Shown: in pieces, positions 53,300-64,000 of the stretch
Layout of the letters: each line of letters starts with the position of its first letter
Numbering within the stretch: the stretch's first letter is position 1
Assembly: GCA_030141605.1 (NCBI GenBank)
Contig: JAQGDQ010000808.1
Coordinates: forward strand, 29,359 to 93,358
From: Tubiluchus corallicola
Taxonomy: Eukaryota; Animalia; Priapulida
DNA: 64,000 nucleotides
Direction: 5' to 3'
Position numbers and translations under genes: made by a program
Notes under the pieces: generated by a model
What the model was told of the DNA's origin: nothing
What the model saw: the letters and a program-made list of their open reading frames with translations, nothing else
Database searches by the model: none

Positions 53300-53449
53300 G
53301 GCAGCAACAGATGGCGCGCAGTGATTCAGTTTATTTTCGGAAAGACCGTTACGTGGCGCGAGCGTTCCTCAAATAAACAAAACCGAAATCGAAATTTTCG
53401 TTGATTGAGGAAACTGGCGGTAATACAATAATTTTTATCATGGGTAAGT
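53300..53449 (+). promoter_or_regulatory. Candidate promoter and first exon of an unidentified downstream + strand gene
   Basis: Local CpG cluster with CAACAGATGGCGCGC (CTCF-like) and TGGCGCGA (E2F-like), ending in ATGG|GTAAGT (consensus donor at 53444). No downstream coding exon was identified. Confidence 0.3.
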
Positions 53450-56400
53450 TGGAAATTTTGACTTTTGTTGGTTAGCTTCTTTGTTACATAAATTACATTC
53501 CCTGAATAATACAAGACTGCGATGCTAGTATTAGAAAAGCAATATTTGTGACGATGTTTTAGCCCGATATACTGTACTGGACTCGTAGCTATATATTGAC
53601 TTACTGTAGGATAACATGATGAGCCAATTTTTAGATTTACAATGTACGTATAGTGATGATTTAGTCTTTCAAACTTAAACTACGTTTAGTGTGAATCAAA
53701 TAGTGACTTAGTCGGTTGTAAAAGTTGGTCTTTTCTTCCGCCCGTCTCTTCTCTGTTTTATTTTCATTTTTTGTTTGTTTATTTTGTAAATATTAGAGAC
53801 AAATACCATATATTATTTAGTAACTTATGATTACTTGAACTTATGATTTTAAGGATTTGCTTACTTAAAAGCTGATCCTTATTGTTTCTATGAAACTGAT
53901 TTGAAATAAGATTTCATAAAGAAGTTGTTGTTGCAACAAAGTTACAGTGTGAAAGTGGTGCCACCACTTTCATTTTGCAATGACTTTCGAGCATCATTGG
54001 TATGATACAAGTGTTGTAAAATGCAGGTGGTATTTCAAAAGTGTCTGTTACAGATATCCAAGTACAAAAACAAATTGTATCAGTTCTAACTAAGCAGTTT
54101 ATTTATGATTTTAAACTTGTTTAAGGATGCACTGAATATTTGGATTGCCAAATTTTTCCCCAAATATCTGTATAAAAATCCGGTCCATTAAACCTCGGTT
54201 GCAATCATGGAAAGGTTCAGTGGATTTTCAGTATTCAAAGTTAGTTTTTTAATAATTGTCATATTTGGTGAAAATTATGTTAAACAAACCAAATATATGC
54301 CTAATACTTACAAAAATTTGTCCAAAAAACTGTATGCCAAACATGCCACAACAGCTGACATTTTACTCTGTACGACAACTGAAAAATGTGATGCACTGTC
54401 AGTATCCTTATGTTAATTTACAATAGCCGTGTCCACATTTATATGGTCCGAATATTCACTGAAATTCAAATTCTTTAATATTGTTTTTATTGGTTGTGCA
54501 TACAAAATAGCTTGAACTACTTTTGGAATATTCAGGGCTGCTTTTCAAATAAGTAATATTTATTATAATACAACAATTAAATGTAAGCACAGATTTAGTA
54601 ATCACTACTGACTTAAAGTGATTTAAAAATTACAAAGTTTATTTCCTTTCAATTATGATGTTTAGATTTCCATTCACACAGGTTTGGTTTCGTTCCGGTA
54701 TTTTACTTTAACTTGATATTTTATTCGGAATTCATTTCAATACAATGCCCGGTTATTTGTTTGAGCTTTGGTTTGGTGGCACCTAGGTATAAAAAAATTG
54801 GCTTTGGTTCGCTTGTTGAAAATGTTCCTTCGATGCATCATAGTCATTTATACATTGTCAATTTAATAGTAAATTATTCATTAGAATATTATAAACGTGA
54901 TTATTTTATGACATGCGATAGACTACTGTTCATACTTCAGACATGCTTAATTGATAACTGTTCACTTTTGGCAGAATGTGTTTTCCTTAATTTCCAGTAT
55001 TAATCAAAAATCAACTGTAAGAATTAAATTCAGTGTTGTAGTGCCTTTACAGTGCTACTTTAACAAGTAATGAAATTACAATTTATCACTATTTATTTAT
55101 AACAAAGCTACTAACTTTATTAGCGGCCCTATGTAGTGGCACTAGTACCCAATACTGATTATAGGTCTGTCAGATTATCAATCTGACACTATAAAAAAGC
55201 ACATTTTCTGTAAACTACCCAACTTTGTAACTATAAGTGCCAAAAGAAATTGAAAGAAGTATCAGAGCTTTAAATAAAATCTAGGTTCAAATGCAGTACA
55301 TTTGCAGTTACAAATCTAGGTACAAAGTGCAGTGCAGTTTTTAAATCTACCCGAAATGTTCATGATGTTTTTACTACATTTTTTTATTTATTCAATTATT
55401 TTTTAAGACTACATGTATTGTTAAATGGCAATACCACCAAATGATCAATGCAATTCAAATGAATTGAAACCTTCACATGATCTCTGTTAGGTTAACTGTA
55501 AGAGCTTGAAAATTATTTGCTTTTATAGTAAACTGAAAATTAAATGAAAAGCTTAACTACTCAAAATCTTATGATCCGTGACACCCATAAAAACTGTAAC
55601 ATCACTGTTCAATTTTGTGTTCCGGAACTGTTTTTTTTTGGTAAACTAAGTCTTTGTGAATAGTCTAAAAATGGTGTTAAGCGATAACTAGACTGAGAAA
55701 AATAAAAAGAACATGTAAACATAAGGTACATGTACCATATAATGTTGTTGAAACATAATTGCATTTTATTATCAGGCAGAAAAGCTAGCAATATTAATAT
55801 AAGAAACTACAGAAATGCGGAGAAATACTTTCAGTACGTCTGAAAGAAGCTATTGATAGGGGCCTCATCATGTAGAAGATTTCCTGACTGCAGAGAGTTA
55901 GACTATTTAATTTTCCTTTTAGCAGGTATTGAGCAAACTTGGATTGAATAGGTGGAAAGTGAGTTAATAAGTTAATTGACTATAATGAATTGACTATAAT
56001 TAAGTAACCTTCTCTTCACACTTCTTTCAGCTCATAAAACTGAACAAAAGTTAGCTATTCTTTTCCCTTCCCTTCCTTCCATATCGACTGAGAAATTTGT
56101 AAACCTTATTGTCCACTCATTATTCAGTGCCCAATGAAAGTTGTAAGTGTCATTGATTAGTCAATAGTCTTTAAATTGGTAAGACCAGAATTAAGGCATG
56201 GTCTCATGTCACAAATCGATTCAATAGAATAGACAAATAGATAGGTGGGCGGGCTGGAAAAAATTCAGAATGCTGCTAAGTAATTTTAACCTTGTTTAAA
56301 CTTCTTTTAAAGCTCTTTTCTTAGCATTTTTTCATATTTTTACTTTTATAAATTGTATTGCAGAAAAAAATCATAGCTAATACTGACACTTTGCAGCAAA

Positions 56401-58799
56401 TTATCAAAGTCTGTAAAGTTGCAAATTTTTGGAGTCTGCTTTGGTGACTTCATGCCTTGTCCCAGTCAATCCAACAATTTTTAGAAATGGTGCTAAATGG
56501 GGTACCTCTACTGTAAGAGAGGTAGAAGAAAAAAAACAAGTTAGAGCACTTTTCCGAAAAACAATATTCTGCACATTGTGTTTTCATTGTGCAGTTTAGT
56601 TTTGTGTAATTAAGCTGGATTTTAATCTGTTATCTGACTATTTCACATAGATCCGTGTAGCTATTTATAAATATTTCATTAGAGAAATAGTTGTTTTTGG
56701 AACTAGTCATCCTGTTTTAGCTGGAAATAAGTTTATGCATTTTGCAGACTTTACCTAAGCCTAAGTATTGTACTCTTGTAACATGATGGAATTTTGGTCT
56801 AAGGACTTTAAATAAAATATGTAAATTGTTAAAATTCTACGGAGATCATTACCTGATTAATTGTTAATAGGCAGTCTAGTGATTACTGGATATAACCTCA
56901 ATGTCCAATCACCAAATGTAAATTAATGCAAAACAGTAAATAATTACTATAAAGAAATCAACACTTTTGTGGGTTTATTGAAATTAAAGCTGTGTTCACA
57001 TCATAAAATTTAAAGGATGTAAATAACAGTGAAATTTGTTGTATGATAGCAAAATAAAGCTTTAATACACTGACAAAATGGTTTTCTAATCAGAATACAG
57101 GGTGTTCACAAAGTAAAGCCCCACTCCCAAGGTAATGAAGGGATAGTAAGAAGGCAGGTTAGTGGGAGGCGCCACAGACTGTACTTCACCAGCAGGCCCG
57201 TGGCTTTCTACTAACAAGTCCCAAGCTTCACTTCAAGAAGTTAATGATCGACATGTGGCAAACAGTTAATGTTCCTCCAGATATTAGAAAATGTAGTAAT
57301 GACACGTCTTACCGACAACTTCGGTTCTGCATTCTGCATACATCAACACTGTAGCAAATGTTTGTCTGTCCCACACCAAAATATGGCTTTGCACCTCGGA
57401 TTGATGTATATAGGATAGTTGACTTTGATAGTGGGTCTAGTCTACCAACATTACCAGCTACAGCTACACCAAGCTAACCATTGTCCCGCTCGAAAATCAC
57501 TTTCATGTTGATACAACATTTATTCACTGCTTTTTATTAACATGGCAGCTCTTTACCTGAACTAACTTTTCTAGGTCACTGTTCTGGCTTCCACCCACTA
57601 TACATGTACACTGTCAAGGTGTATCTGTATGGCATATCTAAAATTACATCTCCATGCAGATGTGCAAAACAAGTTTATATGAGGATACACATATCTTGGT
57701 TTCAACGTATTGAATATTCATCCATGATGATCTTTTGGTAATTCAATCATAAACAGGGAGTTAGCTGGTACAAAGGAAAAATAGAGGTTTTGGGCTACCC
57801 CCAACAACTAAATTAGACATGGATCTGCCTTCAGCTAGCTTAAATAAAAACTCAGGATAACAAAGTAACAGCCATCTAGTGACAAAACAAGTCAGAAATG
57901 ATACAACAAAAATTAATCAATGTAAATAAGCAAATGACAGCAGACATCATATCTAAAATGTTACAGCTCTGTCATATTGAACATTCAACATTTATTATAT
58001 GAGTGATTAACTTCATTATCTGTGGTGATACTTAACAATGCAAACTGGTTAAAAATTGGAGGACCATACTCATACTGATCTTAATGTAGAATACATCAAA
58101 TCAGGATATAGTATCTAAAGTGAAGTGTGACATATTTAGGCGAACTTCACTTTAGCACCTGTCGCTTATGTCACATTTCACAAATACGTTTGAAAGCAAC
58201 ATTGCTTCGTATCCTGTCTGCTTTAACACAACTCACTTTTTGTATATTGCTGCATTAAAACAACAAAATGGAATGGATACTTTTCGAAGAGATCTGTATA
58301 AAAACTGTTGGGTATGGAAAAGTCTAACCAGTATTGAAAATCAAAATGGTGTTTGAACGAAGTGAGAAAAAAGCAAAATATAGCTAATTACAAAGATATG
58401 AGAGATGGCGTGTTGCCCATATGATCAAATGGCCTGAGCAGAGCTGGGAGAGGACTAACAAAATGATATTAAATATGGCCATATCATTATAATTAATTAG
58501 ACAGACGTTAAAATAATTTATCAGATAGTTAGCCATTATTTTTTCAAAACTTGAAATTTTGTTCATACTAAGGATTATATATACATACTTAGATACAATA
58601 CTATATATAGGCACCGTATGACCAGTTATAGTACATTATTTACAATATACGCATAATACATAACACAATGCATAGGTATAATACAATAAGTAAGATACAT
58701 AATAAATGTTAGACAAAATTTTCATCAATTATCACAATATACACAATACATTCGTACATAATACCTAACAAAAATTACTTGTACAGATTGCCGTATTAA

Positions 58800-59200
58800 T
58801 TTACAAATTTATAATTATTCTCTTTCAGTTATTGGGGACATGGCTAAACTGGATATATAAAATTTGAATTAAAGAAGTTAACGTCATTTACACGAGTTGG
58901 TTTTTGACATCTACTTAGTTCGTATTGTGTCAGTTTCTTTTCAAAAATAGCTAGTAATTCTTGTCGTTTGATAATAGATGGGAGAGAGTCCCATAGATAA
59001 AATGTTTGTTTGCCTTGTGAATTATTAACAAATATATTGTTCGTTTGAACTTGCTTTAGGTTATTTGTGTGGCTATTCTGATCAGTAGCTAACAAGAAAG
59101 GAAGTTTGTTATTAACGAAGGGATTCAGTTGCAATAGATGGATTAATTTCTTACAGATAGACTTAAGCCAAGACTGACTCAACAGGTTTCAGGTTCTAGA
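58800..59200 (-). mobile_element. CR1/L2-type LINE 3' remnant
   Basis: LWDSLPSIIK...FEKKLTQY resembles the LWNSLP...FKxxLKxY end of CR1/L2 ORF2; it is followed by TG-rich 3' UTR-like sequence. Confidence 0.55.
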
Positions 59201-62200
59201 CAACTTTGAGGTTATTAAAAGGTTCACGAAGATCACAATACGCCCAGCAGTATTGTACCTTTAAATGCTGGGCTAGCCCACCTAGAGTGTATACTTTGTC
59301 ACGCCCAAGTTAGCTAAATTGCCGAGGGCACTGCCAGAATTTCTTTGATGAACAAATCCAGAACATCGCGACAGGTTAACATTTTCACTTTAAGTGTTAA
59401 TTACATGTGCACGAGTTGCTGGCTTTCCTAAGAAAAGATTCATATACTAGATCTCTGCTGGGCTTTTCTTAACTAGGTTTGCTGAAGGTAAAGCTGTCTA
59501 AATTTGGGTACAGGCTGCCACACCACGTAAGTTTGATATTACATTATGTCTTATCGTGATAAAAAAATAAGGCTGTAATAGTGAGCAAAAATTACACCTT
59601 TAGGCTTTGAACTTGTACATTAATTAACCACACTTTGCAATTGCTGGTGAGGCTATCGCTAGCAAGACCAGAGTATGTCTTCGAAATTATTAACTACTGT
59701 GTATATGGAGCAATTATTAATTGTGTTTGTGCATAGGGCTTATCCATCTTTAGTAAATGCTTTGTGGAAGTAAAAAAATAGAGGAAAGAAATTATATTCT
59801 AGTTTTAATGGAGTTTTTGCTAGAACTTTGCCTAGGTGATCGCGTGATACTTTCCCCCTTAACATATTATGGACGAGTTATATGGTAATTATAAAATCTT
59901 TCACTTGCTTAATCATATAACTCACTTCTTCAGCACGTTTCAAAATGGAGGTTTAACTTTGATTGCTTAGCTTAGTTGCGCGTATTAATCAAATTATTGC
60001 AAAATCTTGGATGAACCGTAGAATCATAATTATTCAGAACAGTGTATATTAACAATCTCATTGTTGGGAGCCTGAAGTTTAAGTCTAAAGATAAACATTT
60101 AAAATTTTTTAAGGAATATGGTGCGTCATTTAGCCTTACTCCCCTGCAGTAAATTACTCATTGCTGAAATCAACTGCAGATGTTGTGACTGTTTGATGGT
60201 ATCACTGTGCTTTTTCTATACATCAGTTAGTCAGACACTTGGCCAAATTTACTAGAGAATTGTAAAACACGTGCGCATTTTCAACAAATTCTTTCTAAGG
60301 AATGTTGTAGTGGGGCTTCGCAAGTACCGGTTGCTCTGAGTGTATATACTTTGTTATATGTCCTAACTGATCTATGTGATTTGGTAAATCTGAGTTGTCT
60401 AAACTTTGCCTTTGTTACTGTTATGGTCGAGGGCAGCTATCCTGTTACGATAGTTTAGTAGAGCAATTTAGTAACTATAACATAATGCAGACAAGTTCAA
60501 TAATAATAATAGCGGGCGAACGTAAGTAAAAACTCACCAGCTTTGCATATTACTTGTGCAGTATTTTCGAAATATTTCAGTAATAAAATGCCAAAGAACT
60601 CATCTGTAAAAGCTGACGTTATGCAATTTTTCTCGGGTGCTCTTCTTTTTGGAACTTTCTCTGTGATTTTTATTTAACCCCAATGCCCATGAAATCTACT
60701 GGCTGAAAAATTCTCTTGCTGGAAAGCTGTAGCCAGATTCGTGTGGCCTTTAGCGTTTTCGTGGCAAGGAGAATTGTTAATGTAAGCAGCATGTTTTTTA
60801 GTAAAAATATTTTACTCAGTAGCCGAAGATCACTAAGACTGGTGTGAGTGTGTGTTTCACTGGCCAAAATCAATTTCCAACAAGTGTTTTAAAATTTAAT
60901 CAGCACTGCAGCAGCTTAGAATCGATATGTATAATCATTGTGACTGATATGATAGGGTACGTGCAAGGACACACCATTCTCCTGTCAGTTTTTATTAAAA
61001 TTTGTTACACAATTTAAAAAACTGATGCTTATTTTAGAAGAAATTGCTGACGAAATTACGTGTCAAAAGTATTACACGTAAGTTTGGTATACGAAAAAGT
61101 ATACATCTGTGCACAATGCAAATCTCAAATCTGTTGTCTTGTAAACTGTCACAAAAAGAATTACACTTCAGCTAATTAGAGAATAAACTGCAGTAACCCG
61201 TTCATCGCTATAGTTTGTTCAGCCAATAACGAAAACATAAGATTCGTCACTTAATTTTGTTAGTGTTTAATATCGCAATTGTTTGTTAATGCAGGCAGTT
61301 TTTTGCATGCGTTGTGATCCAGTACAAAGTTGTAGTGCTCCAAGTTAAGGTACTGTATTAATTATTAAATGCAGACAGTGCTTAATAAGTGCGTGACGCA
61401 TTGATCTCATTTGTAATGTTGTATGCTGCTTCCTCAATAATTGTGCATGTGGTTAATCAACTTTGTTGACCGTTTATCGATTTTTACTCGACAACCTTCA
61501 AAGAGGTTTCAGTCAAATTTTCTATTTAATCATCATTATTGCTGCTGGACAGTGCACAACCGCGCTAGACGCACCTATTCCTTAAACCATAATTGTCCTG
61601 TAGAATGTAGAGACAGCTACATAAAAATTCTTTTACTTGCTGTAATGTAAATTAATCGTTTTACAAGCTTTAGCAAATAAGGTTAAATTTTAAAACTCTC
61701 CACGCAGAGCTGAGTAGCTAAGTGTGTTTTTAAAACATTCAAAGATATTGATCTAGTTAACGCATTCCATAGATATATAGGTCTAGTTAAACTGCTGTTT
61801 TGATTTCTGTAAATGGAACACCTGTTTCTATTGTCTGGCATTTTGTCGTATATGTAACTGGCCTTGGGGCCTGGTTTGAACTTTCTAAAAATTACTAGCT
61901 AGCTCTGTTCAGCCTTTAAGTGACTGTGATTTATTGAGGCTACGTTCTAGAGCATAGCCATTCATAAACTGTACTGATTGTAATGTTTTTGCCTTTAACA
62001 GCTAATTTCTGCTTCTTGTTGGAAAATCAGCAGATATTGGTGGTATACCTATTCCTTTCAATATCATTTTAAAACATTTTCAATACTCACAGTTAAGTTG
62101 ACAGTAGCCGACCGTCAGTAACGAAATTTAAAAAAAGAAATGTTTTACTGGTGAAGACGGTGGAGGGTGACTTGGGTAGATAGATTTAGGTCAGGAGGTA

Positions 62201-62289
62201 TTTTTTCCTTGCAATAAATTACATCGAGTAATACTAAACTCCTGAGATCGTACTCTTAAAGGCCGCAAAAGTCAGTCCCCCTGTTTCTA

Positions 62290-62600
<311 letters not shown>

Positions 62601-64000
62601 GAATTACCTACAACATACTCTCATTATGTTAGTGCGAATGTCTAGCTTGAGATGGAGAAAGCGATGTAATCTAAGATTTTTCTCACCCCCGATTAATGTG
62701 ATTGGTAAATCGTGATATATCAGATATATTGTTATGTTCACAATATGTGACGCTTGAATCTATTGTAATGGATATTGCCATTTTTTACTTGGTAATTCAA
62801 GACATCCTACTCGTATAGACACCGTAATGCGGCCTACTGGTGTCGAGTTCGCAAATGATTCCTATACAAAATCTGTTTGTTTGATTTTTCTTTGTAGACT
62901 TTGTTTTATCTTTTTAATTACTAAAAGCTACAAATGCGTTTTCTGTGGTTGTTTTTTTCTTGGCGTACTTGTAATTTGCAAAATTAGATGAATAAGAATA
63001 TTACTGTACTAATCTTTAAAATTATTCGTACTTGTAAATTATTTGGCCGATTTTGCAACTTTCTGCAAAAATAATGACTATGAAATACAAATAAATTTGA
63101 AAATTTTAGCTATAATAGTGCTAAAAACTGTAAACGCACATTTAAATACTTCGTTTGTGTGCTTGCTGCTTTCATTGTAATCCTAAAGTTAAGTTGCCAG
63201 TCTTACAAATCCTCTTTCACAGTACGCAAAGACCTGCTCCCTATCAACTCATCTACAGGTAGAAAGTTGTTATCTGTGTTATCACAGTATCACTACCTAT
63301 CGATGCTGTAAGTTTGTCTGTATTTGCTGGGCTTATACATTATGAAACACATTCGTTATACAGAAGCGCATTCATTCTGTACCTACACCTTTAGGGAATT
63401 ACACAATTTGAAACAAAGGCTAGGGCTAGAGATTTCGACTGACAAGTTGTCTATTAATCTTTCTACGTAAGTGAAATCTATTGACGTATTGTATACCAAA
63501 ATTCACCCGTATATAATACATATTAGGCCAGTACTAACCCAGTGGCCTACTCATCTTGTCACTGTCACACATATACATGCGTTAACCACAAAGGTGGGTA
63601 TTAATGCATTATTATAATTGCATACTCTGACCGATCCATTTAAGAATTACTCGGCTGTAAAAGAGAGTAGAGAGAAAGAAGGTGAAAAACCATCAGTTAC
63701 TGTTGTGTGAAGTTCGCTGAGTTGTGAATACAAGTCTTGCATTGTGGTAATTTTAGGAGAGTTACTTTCGTCTGTTGTTAGTAGCTGCTGCTGTGTAAAC
63801 TTCGTAGGCGTATTAAATCATTGCTTGAAATTTCGATCAAGTCTCTGTGATGCGTTTCCAAGATTTGGATAATAAGCTGGGTATGTCGTCAAGCCTTTTG
63901 GTAGTTTTATATGTTATTCGTAACCTTGCACTGTGATAATCACTATTACAGAAATTTAATTAATTATTTAATTTAATCGTCAGAGCGATTTTATCGACAA

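Noticed and set aside
57100-57860. Possible LINE endonuclease remnant or hidden exons
   Set aside because: No convincing motif or open frame could be assembled by eye

Overview
AT-rich, intron-containing animal (invertebrate-like) genomic DNA; there is no prokaryotic operon, CRISPR or phage signal. Most ORF-track entries are microsatellite artefacts, so I rebuilt the genes by hand from GT-AG exons. The window holds five protein-coding genes. (1) The last five exons of tryptophan 2,3-dioxygenase (+, 942-5050). (2) A TMEM272-like membrane protein (-, 7865-16417), with a second candidate first exon at 22606-22746. (3) A 10-exon type-B carboxylesterase with intact catalytic triad, a furin-type RFKR site and a C-terminal transmembrane anchor (-, 27524-39208). 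(4) Head-to-head with it, a 10-exon M14A procarboxypeptidase homolog (+, 40625-51291) with an intact frame that has lost two zinc ligands, Arg127 and the catalytic Glu270, i.e. a probable pseudoenzyme. (5) Nested antisense in intron 6 of gene 4, an intronless 567-aa GT25 procollagen galactosyltransferase (COLGALT)-like gene lacking a KDEL-type signal, probably a retrogene. The pseudopeptidase with its nested glycosyltransferase is the most striking feature. The rest is MITEs (pogo/Tc2-like, hAT-like), SINE/LINE/BEL-Pao remnants, palindromes, minisatellites (one with higher-order structure) and long microsatellites. All family assignments come from recalled motifs, not database searches.
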